A stretch of 63,269 nt of DNA, counting the filler, from Chiloscyllium plagiosum (taxonomy: Eukaryota), in NCBI RefSeq assembly GCF_004010195.1. It is 4 parts of one record of this genome, joined end to end, with 100 filler letters (N's around TTAATTAATTAA, not from the genome) between each part and the next. Parts side by side here need not be neighbours in the genome. Positions count along the whole stretch, not along the records: positions 40,798 to 60,554 come from NC_057714.1; positions 60,655 to 63,269 come from NC_057714.1; 2 more parts are not named here. One strand, 5' to 3'. The position numbers were made by a program, and so were the translations under genes. The notes under the pieces were generated by a model, which was given only the letters and a program-made list of their open reading frames with translations, was not told the origin of the DNA and made no database searches. Shown here in pieces: positions 50,670 to 63,015 of the stretch (position 1 is the stretch's first letter; each line of letters starts with the position of its first letter).

Positions 50670-51130
50670 TAAATTCTTTATATTGAACTTTCGATAGCGT
50701 GGTGACTAGATAATACGAAAACTTTCTTCACAGAGCCACCTAGTGGCCTGACCCTGCACTCACATCATGGCAGCACAACAGAAGAAAATTAAATGGGAAA
50801 TGTTGACATAGCAATTTACAGAAATAAATGTTTACGTAAAATGCAAGCAAGATTCTTGACAAGGGAATTTAGTACATGTAGATAGGCAAGTTAGATCCCC
50901 TCTAATGTTGAACTCAGATGCACATTGATGAGGATGACCATGATCAGGATCAATTTGTCCACTGATTCTTAAGCTGTAAAGTACAATGTAACTCAAGGTC
51001 ATTCACAGTGCGATTTTCCTAATTAAACTCACAGCCAACAAGAAACATTTAAACAGATGATTACTCAATGCATTAATACTTGGGAGCTTATAATGCTACA
51101 CTGAATGTAGCATCACTTACAAAGGGAATT

Positions 51131-51435
51131 TGTGGTGTAGTGGTAATGTCACTAGTCCAGAACTCCAGACTAATGTCTTGGGACATGGACTCAAATCCCA
51201 TCAGGCAGATGATGAGGTTTGCCTTCAATTTTTAAAAATCCGTAATAGAAAGTGATTGTTGTTAAGATTCTATTTGGTTCGCCAGCGTCCTTGAGGGAAG
51301 GGAAATTTGCTATCCTTATCTGGTCTGGCCTATATGTGACTTCTGTCCCATAACAATGTAGTTAACTCTTGGCTTCCCAATGAGCTGTAAATTCTGGCAT
51401 AGCTGGTGATACCCACATCTCATGAACAAATAGTT
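51131..51435 (+). mobile_element. tRNA-derived SINE (same family as 10577-10930)
   Basis: tgtggtgtagtggtaatgtcact (A box), ggactcaaatccc (B-box-like) and tail ggtgatacccacatctcatgaacaaata. Confidence 0.65.
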
Positions 51436-51767
51436 AAAATGATTACGTATAAAGCCCTTAATTAAGCATTACCCAAAGCCCTCCTGTTTCGTGTGTTCGC
51501 TGTTATTGTTAACTATCCGATCTCTTCAAGCTCAGTATTTTTCTCCCTCAAATCTACAATCTTTAAAATTTTGCTGTTTTGCATGGCCAACTCAATCTTT
51601 TTAAATTGATTTGCTTAACCCAGGCAGTCTTTAAATGCAACATGATCAAATGTTAACTTTCAGGTGGCTGCATGACTACACACACAGGCAGCTTAGTGAG
51701 AATGTTGCTAGCAAAATGTAGCTCTGTGTCACCACCACCTCTCTCAACTCTCCACTGCCACTAAAGT

Positions 51768-52423
51768 TTTGTGATGTGGAGGAGCTGGTGTTGGACTGGG
51801 GTGGACAAAATTAAAAATCGCACAACACCACGTTCTTGTCCAACAGGTTTATTTGGAAGCACTAGCTTTCGGAGCGCTGCTCCTTCATCAAGTGGTTGTG
51901 AAACAGGATCATAAGACACAGAATTAATAGAAAAAGGTTATAGTGTCATGCAACTGAAACAATGTATTGAATAAACCTAGATTGCTGTTAAGTCTTTCAT
52001 TTTTTAGAATGGGTTGCAGGTTTCGGTTCATTCATATGTAAATCCCAGAACTTCTTTTAAGTCACATTCTCGAGATAACTTAAAGTTTTACAAAAGAAAG
52101 GTGACATCTCAACTCAGTGCATTAAAGCTGTCTTTATCCCAATCTGGAGTCAGGCTAGTTCTATTTCCAAAGTAGGAATGTATAAAATATTATATGATTG
52201 TGCACTTTTTGAGCAAAATAATATGTATCTTCAAATAGAATTCTGCAAATGCAAATTCACGTGTTTAATATATCATTTCAGTTGCATGACACTGTAATCT
52301 TTTACTATAAATTATGTGTCTTATGATCCTGTTTTACAGTTACTTGATGAAGGAGCAGTGCTCCGAAAGCTAGTGCTTCCAAATAAACCCGTTGGACTAT
52401 ATCTTAATGTTGTGTAATTTTTA
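51768..52423. mobile_element. PLE family C fold-back insertion
   Basis: Inverted arms at about 51808-51965 and 52270-52425, each with a TTGATGA..GAAAGCTA hammerhead variant; flanked by ACTAAAGT at 51760-51767 and 52424-52431. Confidence 0.82.
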
Positions 52424-53144
52424 ACTAAAGTATCAGACTTCTCGATCTGACATCCAATCCTGAAGAAGCAGAAATGTTCTCCAGTTCAGAACTGGGTAGC
52501 TGTTTTCTTTGCTTCCTGCTGTGAACTCTGTTCCATGGATGCTAACACTGTTTCTCTCCCTGGTAACAGCCTGGGGCTGAAACTGACTGTACACAATCTC
52601 AGTGTCATGTTTGAGGACACCAGAAGTTTGCAACTACTTTTTGATGCCATCACTGTGATCACACATTTCCATCTCTCCATCCATGCACCTCCAGACTTTA
52701 ATATTGCAATGCTTTCCTGACTGACCGCCCACATTTGAGATCACCTAAAACTCTGATGCTTGTATCCCTTCTCACACCAAATTCTGATCACCACCCTCTG
52801 TTCATTAAGTTCCATTGGTTCATTGTTACGATTTTAAAATTCTTGTTGCTGTTTCTGAACTTGTCACATCCTCACCAAGCTCTGTAATATCTTCCATCCC
52901 TAACAGCTCCCTGAGGACACCTGTTCTCACCTAATTCTGGATTGAGCTTACCCGAATTTTAACTGTTTCACAATTATTGGCCATCCCTTCCGATGACTCA
53001 CTCCGATGACTTGGCCCTAAGCTCTGCCATTCCCGCTGCTCTTCTCTACCTCTCTTTCTCAAACATTCCTTAAAACCTTAAAAAAAATCTTGAAATCTAC
53101 GCCTTTGACCAAGTTCCTGCCTTATTGGCCTTCTGTAGCTTAGT

Positions 53145-53273
53145 AGAGAAAGTGAGGACAGCAGCTGCTGGAGAGACAGAGTCGAGAGTATGGTGCTGGA
53201 AAAGCATAGCAGGTCAGACAGCATCCAAGGAGCAGGAGAGTGGACGTTTTGGGCAAGAGCCCTTCATCAGGAA
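53145..53273 (-). mobile_element. PLE family B solo pseudo-LTR with 11-bp TSD
   Basis: TSD TGTAGCTTAGT at 53134-53144 and 53274-53284; the element starts ttcCTGATGA on the minus strand. Confidence 0.88.
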
Positions 53274-53384
53274 TGTAGCTTAGTGTTGCATCGTGTTTTC
53301 TAACACTCCTCGGAAAAGCTTTCAGATGGTCTTTAATGTTAAGGGAGCTATGCAAATACAAGTTGTAGATATAAAGTCATTATG

Positions 53385-53830
53385 CCACAGAAGGAGGCCA
53401 TTCAGCCCACTGAGTCAATGATATTTGCTGCATCCCTCCAATTCCACTCCCTTGAAGTGCCACCAATTTTATTTTGACATTGTTGTGCAGTTTATTTCCA
53501 CCTGCCTCAGAGGCAACTAATTCCTGGTCATTACCACTCACAGTGTAAACCAGTTCTTTCTCGAATGCCCCCTTTGTTTCTTGCCTAAACTCAATGCTAA
53601 TTAGCTTGAGTTCCATCAGTGAATGGAAATAATTTCCCTTTATCTACTTGATGTAAACCTCTCATAATTGTGTACACTTCTTTCAAATCTCTTCTCAACC
53701 TCCTTTGTCCCATGGACAGCAAATCCAACCTCTGCAACATCACATTTTCACTAAAATGCCCCAATTCCTGGAACTATTCTGAAAAATGTCCTCCACCTTA
53801 TCTGCAGGACCTAACTAGAGCTTTATATAT
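53385..53830 (-). mobile_element. Old CR1 3' fragment
   Basis: cacagaaggaggccattcagccc tail and degenerate ORF2 end. A probable continuation lies at about 54770-55330. Confidence 0.6.
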
Positions 53831-54515
53831 ACTTCTCTGAATTTATCTTCACTGTTTCTTTATGATGCCCAAGATCTGATACACTTTGCTAACCCCTCTC
53901 TCAATGGGCAGCACCAGCCTGGAGGGAACATGGAAGCAGGAAATGCATGTATTTAGATGGGATGGTATCATGCCTGAACCCCACTGCATGTCCACCTCTG
54001 CTGGAGGAAGTTCTGGGCAGGAAGGCCCTTGGTCAGCCTGGCCATACCTCTGCTGGTTGGCCATCAGAGACCTTTGCCAGCTTATCCCATTGCCAGCTAA
54101 CCCAGAAGAAAGTGGGCCTGTTACCATGGGGCAGGTGTGGCAGTTAAAATCATGGAGTTAGTTTGTCAGCTTGGTAATGGAAGCCTCGATCAAAGACAGT
54201 CCAATGCATGTTTAAGGGATTGAACATCAGGATGTGGTGGAGTGTGATGAGAGGTAGGACCCTGACCTCCATTCCAACCTCTGTAATCCCCCTCTTTTTG
54301 CAATTGCCGCACGGCAAAACAACCAGTGTATGGTACCATAACCTTTTCAGAGGCAGTGTTGCCAACCTCTGCTTTACCAGTAACTCTCACTACCTGTCTT
54401 GATTCTAGGTGAAGGCCTTGTCACTACTTGATTGGGTTGTGGTTCTGCGGGTTGCCTTGAAAAGAAGCAGCATGGCAATCTCTCACCAGCTGTTCAGATG
54501 GTTAATGAGACCTCA

Positions 54516-54678
54516 AGATGTGCAGGTCAGGTGAATTGGCCATGCTAAATTGCCCGTAGTGTTAGGTATAGGGGTAAATGTAGGGGTATGGGTGGGTTGC
54601 GCTTCGGCGGGTCGGTGTGGACTTGTTGGGCCGAAGGGCCTGTTTCCATACTGTAATGTAATCTAATCTAATCTAATC
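54516..54678 (+). mobile_element. HE1 SINE 3' half
   Basis: aagatgtgcaggtcaggtgaattggccatgctaaattgccc..gggccgaagggcctgtttcc..(aatct)n. Confidence 0.88.
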
Positions 54679-56689
54679 ACCACCATAACAAGATTCTACC
54701 CAACACATCCTGCCACCTGCTGTGTACATGAATGCCCAGGTGCCTCTGTCCCTGTACATTCTTTAGAATTAAGAATCCTTTAGAACACTAACCTTATTGC
54801 TTAGAATTCTGTAGTGCTGCACCCTATCCCCTCTACCAAACTGTGTCTCCTCATGTTTCTTTGCACTAACCACAATTTGCCATTTGGCTGCCCATTCTAC
54901 TAGCCTCCCCATGTCCTGTTGAAGTCAAGAGCTAAGATCACCAGAACTTGCCGCGTCTCCAACGTTGGCATCATTGATGCATTTTGAAATCTTGTTTAAT
55001 ATTCAGATTTCTAAGTCTTTTATATATCAAAAGAATGGCAGTCCTAGCATTGACTCTTGAGGGACAGTGCTGTCTACCATGCACTAGTCTAAAAGGCCAC
55101 TATTTGTCATGACTTGCTGTGTTTTTGTCCCTTTATCCATTTTGACCCTGACCCTCCTATTCTGAGAGCATCAATTTTTCCAGGCAGCAAAATTTTCTTT
55201 GCAAACGCTTCAAATCCATATGGGCATCATTGACCACATTCTCTTCAAAAACAAAGCACATTTAGATTTGTCAAATGCTATCTGTCTTCACAAACACATA
55301 TTGGCTCTCCTTAGTCAATGCCTGTTATTTTTTTCTCTGATATTTGTTTCTAATACCTATCCAGTAATGATGTTACAAGTCATTACTTTTATAGTCATCC
55401 GTTCAGTTCATTCATTTTTAATTGAACTGTGATATGGGTTCTGAATAGAAGCTTCCAGTTTGCTTTTCCCAGAATTCGCCATCTTAGTTAGAGAGGATTT
55501 ATTTTCCAATTTATCTTGCCCAAAATCATCAGAAATTTTAATGGCTCCACGTTTCGAGATGTTTTCGTTTATTTTAGTCTATGAAGGCAAAACCCAGTTC
55601 TGTGGCCACATCCCTCACAAGAGATGGCCCTCACTTCAAAAAACCCGCATTTGCAAATGCGAAGTATTCGCAAGGAAAGCATGTTCCAGTTGTGTGCAAG
55701 AATAGTTTATCTAAAAAACAGAAGACTGCAAGCATTTTGTTTTGAAACTGTCCTGAAAGCAACAAGAACAACATATTGAATTTAACTTTCCAATTTTGTT
55801 TACTGCCAAGTAGACTTCCTGCCAACAGGACTTTTGAAACTTTGAGTGTGCAGTTTCCACATTTTTCTGCTGACTTAATGCAGCAATAAGTGCTCTGTAA
55901 TCAACATCTCCACGGCTGGTGAGAAATTAACTAATGACTCGTGTGATGTCTGGGAAAAAGAAAACATGAGAGTAATAGTCTATGCTATATTACTGTCACT
56001 GCATCCAAGTTCCTCCTCACAGCAATGGAGAAATACCACCTGACCCTTAGCATGCAGCAGTTCACAAAGATACCTCACCACCATCTCAAGGGCAGTTAGG
56101 GGGAGGAGGTCAATCCTCGCACAGAGAGTGATGCCCACCTCCCATGAACAAGTAAAAGAGGAGAAAAACAATCTTTGTTGTCAGTAAGATGCTTTTTGGC
56201 TCCAAATGTTAGTAGGCAATAAATCAAATGTAATTTCAGACAATACCTCCCAAAAATCCCCTCAGTTCCCTAAATGTGAGGAACTAGTCTGAAACAGTTC
56301 GAACTTATTGATGTGGGTGTGGCATCAATTGATTCAAATATATGTATTTGACAAGTACAATTATTACTGATATTGCCAGAAAGAGAGCCATGTTGCCAAA
56401 GTTGTATTTATCAGGACATGTGAAAGAATGCCAATTTTTAAGGATAATATCATAAGAGAAAAGAAAACTAATTGGTTGGTGAGTCAGTTCTAATTGATCG
56501 AAGCATTACCATGAAGAAAGCGAGGGGAACATCTACAGAGTTGAAAAGAAACACATTCCGGCTGCTCTGTAGTCATTTATCTCTCGAAGGATTGGCTGAA
56601 TTTCCATCCCATGCTCCACTCCAGACATCATGATAGCTTTGGTGCAAATACAGTCACAAGAGCTGAATTGATGTGATGCGATAAAGGGG

Positions 56690-57670
56690 ACTACTCTTGA
56701 CATCAAGCAATTGAATGAATATGGCATGGAGGATCGCCGGCGCCCTGAAATCACTGGGAATTGAAGGTGGAGGAAGGAGCTGTGAATCAGTTGGGATCTT
56801 ATGTATCACATTGGAAGGTAGTTCTAGTTACAGGAGGCCAACTATCTCATTGTCAAGATATTTCTCAGAGTCGTCATAGGCCTAAACATCTTCAGCTGAT
56901 TCAGCAACACTAGGTCAGAAGTGGAGGGTTGTTCATTAACAATTGTGCAGTGTTCAGTACCACACACAATTGCTCAGATATTCAAGAAGTCCATGTCTGA
57001 ATGAAAGACCTGGACAGAATTCCGGTTTAGAATGATAAGTGGCAAGTCGTATTTGTGCTATGAATGTGCCAGGTGATGACCATCTCCGGCACGTTAGAAG
57101 CTGACAGTCTCTCTGGGATTGTCAACATCCAGGAGGTTCCCATTGATCAGAAATTGAGCTGCACTGTCATCAATACGATAGCCACATCAGGAATTCTGCG
57201 AGGACTAACCCACTCCTGAAGACTTGTTCACCATTTACAAGGCGCCAATGATCAAGTATGATGGAGTATCCCCCCCGACTTGCCTGTATGAGTGCAGCTG
57301 TAACAACACTGAAGAAGCTTGACACCATTCAGGGCAAAGCAGGCTGAATGACTGGCACCCCATGTAGCACCTTCAACATTCTCTGTCTCCACAACCAGCT
57401 GTGACAGCAAAGTAAACCATCTAAAAGATTTGCTGCAGCAAAATGTTAAGGCTCCGTCAACAGCTGTGAACCTGTGAACCCCCCCCCCCCCGCAACTATC
57501 TAAAAGGACAACAACAGCAGATACCTGGGAATACTACTGCCTCTTGGAGGTCTCCTTCAAGTTATGCATCATCCTGATCCAGCACTACCCCTTCATTGTC
57601 ATTGGGTTCAAATCATGCCTTGTCGTCCCTCACAGCATCATACTGATATAATGGATTGCAGAAGTTCACC
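56690..57670 (+). mobile_element. Old CR1/L2-group LINE RT fragment
   Basis: cttgacatcaag (LDIK), atcttcagctg, gataagtggcaagt, ccatttacaaggc, atggagtatc and aagaagcttgacaccattcagggcaaagcag motifs. Confidence 0.6.
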
Positions 57671-58306
57671 CTTTTATTAACTTTAAAATGTCAAAATCCT
57701 GAAGACCTCAGTGCTAAACTGTAACATAAAACCAACTCTTCCTTACATGCATCCTTATCACCATGGGTCCTACAATAATTTATACCCCCGTGGGCTGATG
57801 GGTAAGTTAAGCAATGCTATTAGTTGGAACTCTCAAGCTCAGTGACAACAATTCATTACCCTAAACCCTCTTAGGCCTGACTAAAGACATGAACATAAAA
57901 AAACAAGCAGTTATTTGGAAAAGTCCTTCAGATGTTTGATCTTGGTGGAATGCTTTGATCTATTAGGTACGTTTGTCTTTAGATTATTTGTGAGATGGGA
58001 CCCCATCAAAGGGTAATGTTGCTTGTTCTATTCCTGTCCCTTCCTTAGGTGGGTTTATCAGGCAGCACACTCTGATATATGCAGGAATAACTGATCATTA
58101 CAAACTCTAACCTGCTCTATATTGCAATCAGTACATAGAAATGAATAAATTATCTATCGTCGACAAAAATCTCCATTAATGTCACTGTAACCCGTGTGTG
58201 TTACTAAAGGTTACATTTTGCTAGAGTGGAAAATAGATGCACCAAGTCTTCATTAAGAGGTCATAAACTGGAAGCAGCAGGTGGAACAATGCAGTTCGCT
58301 TCCTGT

Positions 58307-58527
58307 AATGATTTGGAGGTGCTGGTGTTGGACTGCGGTGTACAAAGTTAAAAATCACACAACACCAGGTTATAGTCCAACAGGTTTAGTTGGAAGCACT
58401 AGGTTTTGGAGCGCTGCTCCTTCAGTTGACAACCACCTGATGAAGGAGCAGCACTCCAAAAGCTAGTGCTTCCAATTAAACCTGTTGGACTATAACCTGG
58501 TGTCGTGTGATTTTTAACTTTGTACAC
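58307..58527. mobile_element. PLE family C mini fold-back insertion
   Basis: Inverted arms at about 58339-58424 and 58441-58526, centred on the hammerhead region. Confidence 0.85.
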
Positions 58528-58838
58528 TTCCTTTGTAGACAGCTAATTAAAAAAAGACAAACTGCAAAGAACTGCAATTTTTAAAAGGTACCTCATAATG
58601 TCTCAAACCTCATTGGACAAATGCAGTGTTCTTGTAAATGAGGAGAGGTTTTTAAGGCACCCGACTATTTGCAGCTAGGTGGGGTCCTGCAATTCTATCA
58701 GTCTCCTTCCTGATACTTAACTGTATCACCCAACATGGTAACTCTTTGCAGAGGCAGGCAAAGCTGAGGGCCACCTGCCAGCCCTCACCCCAATTGAGAC
58801 CAGTCAGTGGCTAGTTTAAGTGCATTAATGGACAGCTT

Positions 58839-60370
58839 TCATAGAACATAGAATATTACAGCGCAGTACAGGCCCTTCAGCCCTCAATGTTGCGCTGACC
58901 TGAGAAACCAATCTGAAGCCCATCTATCCTACACTATTCCACATGCCTATCCAATGACCATTTAAATGCCCTTAAAGTTGGCAAGTCTACTACTGTTGCA
59001 GGCAGTGTGTTCCACACCTCACTACACTCTGAGTAAGCTATGTCCTCTCATGCTAGCCATCACCATCCGAGAAAAAAGGCTCTCCCTGTCCATCCTATCT
59101 AACCCTCTGATTATCTTATATGACTCAATTAAGTCACCTCTCAACCTTCTTCTCTTTACCAAAAACAGCCTCAAGTCCCTCAGCTGTTCCTCGTAAGACC
59201 TTCCCTCCATACCAGGCAACATCCGAGTAAATCTCCTCTGAACCCTTTCCAAAACTTCCACATCCTTTCTATAATGCATCGACCAGAATTGTATGCAATA
59301 TTACAAGTGTGGCCACACCAGAGTTTTGTACAGCTGCAGCATGACCTCATAGCTCTGAAACTTAATCCCTCTACCAATAAAAGCTAACATACTGAATGCC
59401 TTCTTAACAACCCTATCAACCTCAGTGGCAACTTTCAGGGGTCTATGTACCTGAACGCTGAGATCTCTCTGCTCATCTACACTACCAAGAATCATACCAT
59501 TAGCCCAGTACTCTTTATTCCTGTTGCTCCTTCCAAAGTAAATCACCTCACACTTTTCTACATTAAACTCCAGTTGTCACCTCAGCCCAGCTCTGCAGCT
59601 TATCTATGTCCCTCTGTAACCTACAACATCCTTCGGCACTCTCCACAACTACCGACTTTAGTGTCATCCGCAAATTTACTAACCCATCCTTCTAAGCCCT
59701 CATCCAGGTCATTTATAAAAATGACAAACAGCAGTGGCCCAAAACAGATCTTTGTGGCATCCCACGAGTAACTGAATTCCAGGATGAACATTTCCCATCA
59801 ACCACTACCCTCTGTCTTCTTTCAGCTAGCCAATCTCTGATCCAAACCGCTAAATCACCCTCCATCCCATGCCTCCATACTTTGTGCAATAGCCTACCAT
59901 GGGGAACCTTATCAAACGCCTTACTGAAATTGATATACACCACATCAACAGCTTCACAAATCCATGTTGACTATCCCAAATCAACTTATTCTTTTCTAGA
60001 TGATTATAAATTCTATCTCTTATAACCTTTTCCACACTTTACCTACAACTGAAATAAGCTTCACTGGTCTATAATTACTAGGGTTGTCTCTACCCACCTT
60101 TTTGAACAAGGGGATAATATTTGCTATCCTCCAGACTTCTGGCACTATTCCTGCAGACAATGAGGACATAAAGATCAAAGCTAACATCTCTGCAATCTCC
60201 TTCCTGGCTTCCCTGAGAATCCTAGGATAAATCCCATCCAGCCCAGAGGCCTTAAATATTTTTACATTTTCCAGAATTGCTCACACCTCCTCTTTGTGAA
60301 CCTCAATCCCATTTATTCTAGTAGCTGGTATCTCAGTAGTCTATTCAACAACATTACCTTTTTCCCTACC
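58839..60370 (-). mobile_element. CR1 LINE RT region and 3' end (frameshifted)
   Basis: Minus ORFs SQHGF, FSKAFDKVPHGRLL, WL.ERRQRVVVDG, LERVQRRFTRMLPG and RRLRGDLIE.YKI; (ttctatg) tail. Confidence 0.95.
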
Positions 60371-60457
60371 TCCTCTCAGTCCACGTTCCATCCAATTCCT
60401 GTTCTTATACCTGCAGGTTCTGTGGGACTACACAAAAGCTTCATCTGACTGGGAAAG

Positions 60458-60554
60458 TGTTGAAGGTCCTCCTCCACCGACCTCCACCCGGCCTCCTCCA
60501 GCCAATCCCTCCCGGCCTCCTCCCGGCCTCCTCCAGCCAATCCCTCCCAGCCTC
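60458..60554. repeat. C-rich short tandem repeat at a contig end
   Basis: Repeated cccggcctcctccagccaatccct units; the G-rich minus strand has G-quadruplex potential. Confidence 0.7.
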
Positions 60555-60654
60555 NNNNNNNNNNNNNNNNNNNNNNNNNNNNNNNNNNNNNNNNNNNNTT
60601 AATTAATTAANNNNNNNNNNNNNNNNNNNNNNNNNNNNNNNNNNNNNNNNNNNN
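60555..60654. other. Artificial assembly gap/linker
   Basis: N44-TTAATTAATTAA-N44. Confidence 0.97.
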
Positions 60655-62424
60655 GGTCCTTGAAGACAGAAACAGGGGAATATATTACAGGGAACAAAGA
60701 AATGGCAGAAGAGTTGAATTGGTACTTCAGATCTGTGTTCACTGGGGAAGACACAAGCAATCTCCCTGAGATAACGGTGGCTGAAGGACCTGAACTTAAG
60801 GGAATTTATATTTGCCAGGAATTGGTGTTGGAGAGACTGTTAGGTCTGAAGGCTGATAAGTCCCGGGAAATGATGGTCTACATCCCAGGGTATTGAAGGA
60901 GGTGGCTCGAGAAATCGTGGATGCGTTGGTGATTATTTTCCAGAGTTCGATAGATTTGGGATCAGTTCCTGTGGATTGGAGGGTGGCTAATGTTGTACCC
61001 CTTTTTAAGAAAGGTAGGAGAGAGAAAGCAGGAAATTATAGACCAGTTAGTCTGACCTCAGTGGTGGGAAAGATGCTGGAGTCTATTATAAAGGATGAAA
61101 TTACGACACATCTGGATAGTAGTAATAGGATAGGTCAGAGTCAGCATGGATTTATGAAGGGGAAATCATGCTTGACTAATCTTCTGGAATTTTTTGAGGA
61201 TGTAACTCTGAAGATGGACTTGGGAGATCCAGTAGATGTAGCGTACCTGGACTTTCAGAAAACTTTTGATAAAGTCCCACATAAGAGGTTAGTGAACAAA
61301 ATTAGGGCGCATGGTATTGGGGCAAAGTACTAACTTGGATTGAAAGTTGGTTGGCTGACAGGAAATAAACGGCTCCATTTTGGAATGGCAGGCAATGACC
61401 AGTGGGGTACCACAGGGATCAGTGCTGGGACTACAGCTTTTTACAATATATATTAATGATATAGAAGATGGTATTAGTAATAACATTAGCAAATTTGCTG
61501 ATGATACTAAGCTGGGTGGCAGGGTGAAATGTGAGGAGGATGTTAGGAGATTACAGGGTGACCTGAACAGGTTAGGTGAGTGGTCAGATGCATGGCAGAT
61601 GCAGTTTAATGTGGATAAATGTATGGTTATCCATTTTGGTGGCAAGAACAGAAAGGCAGATTACTACCTAAATGGAATCAATTTAGATAAAGGGGCACTA
61701 CAGAGAGTTCTGGGTGTTCTTGTACACCAGTCAATGAAGGTAAGCATGCAGGTACAGCAGGTAGTGAAGAAGGCTAATAGCATGCTGGCCTTCATAACAA
61801 GAGAGATTGAGTATAGAAGCAAAGAGGTTCTTCTGCAGCTGTACAGGGCCCTGGTGAGACCACACCTGGAGTAATGTGTGCAGTTCTGGTCTCCAAATTT
61901 GAGGAAAGACATTCTGGCTATTGAGGGAGTGCACCGTAGGTTCACGAGGTCAATTCCTGGAATGGCGGGACTACCTTACGCTGAAAGACTGGAGCGACTG
62001 GGCTTGTATACCCTAGAGTTTAGAAGACTGAAAGGGGATCTGATTGAGACGTATAAGATTATGAAAGGATTGGACACTCTAGAGGCAGGAAACATGTTTC
62101 CGCTGATGGGTGAGTGCTGAACGAGAGGACGCAGCTTAAAAATACGGGGTAGACCATTTAGGACAGAGATGAGGAGAAACTTCTTCACCCAGAGAGTGGT
62201 GGCTGTGTGGAATGCTCTGCCCCAGAGGGCAGTGGAGGCCCAGTCTCTGGATTCATTTAAGAAAGAGTTGGATAGAGCTCTCAAGGATAGTGGAATCAAG
62301 GGTTATGGAGATAAGGCAGGAACAGGATACTGATTAAGGATGATCAGCCATGATCATAATGAATGGTGGTGCAGGCTCGAAGGGCAGAATGGCCTACTCC
62401 TGCACCTATTGTCTATTGTCTATT
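60655..62424 (+). mobile_element. CR1 LINE RT domain to 3' tail (stops and frameshifts)
   Basis: NYRPVSLTSVVGK, QHGFMKGKSCLTNL, YLDFQKTFDKVPH, GVPQGSVLG and KFADDTKL motifs; (ctattgt)n tail. Confidence 0.97.
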
Positions 62425-62449
62425 GACTTCAGAGCTTAGATCTGATGCA

Positions 62450-62765
62450 TAGGCTATGGAATTGCTTTGCCTTTTCTATCGCTTACGGCTTTTGCTGTTT
62501 GATTTGCAAGTTGTCCTGAGCTGTAGCTTCGCAAAGTTGACTCCTTCATTTTTTGGTAAGCTTGGTGCAGCTCCTGTCTTGCACTCTTGCACTGTTCTTT
62601 GATCCAGGCTTGATTTGGTGGCTTGATGGTAATGGTAGAATGGAGGATGTGCTGGGTCATGAAGTTGCAGATTGTGTTGGAGTATCGTCTGAAGCTGTTG
62701 ATGGCTCACCATGTGGATTCCCAGTTTTGAGTGTTGAGTTCTGTTCAAAATTTATCCCAATTCAC
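62450..62765 (-). mobile_element. Old CR1/L2-group LINE fragment
   Basis: Minus ORF HI.HSTITIKP.NQAW..EQCK.ARQE.HQAY.KM resembles a LINE ORF2 linker region. Confidence 0.55.
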
Positions 62766-63015
62766 CGGGAGGGAGGGGAGTGAGATCTGTTATGTTGTAA
62801 TGAGCCCTCTTCCAACTGAATGATGGAGGGAACATCATTTAATATAGCAGCTGAAGACAGCTAATAACTTGTAGTGCTGTATGGTTAAGGCTGTAATTTG
62901 ATTTGAAGCTGCAGTCATGTCATTCCACAGGCAATCTTTTATATTACAAGAATTATTCAGGTACTTTACTGTAGCGTGTTTAAAGGTGTAACTAGGGTTT
63001 TACTCTAAGTAAGCA

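Larger units (their letters stand above)
51725..53375 (+). mobile_element. Old L2-clade LINE 3' region interrupted by two PLE insertions
   Basis: L2-like motifs ctgacatccaatcctg, caatctcagtgtcatgtttga, ctccagactt, tttaaaattctt, cttaaaacc..ctttgacca and tail ctatgcaaatacaagttgt. Confidence 0.55.
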
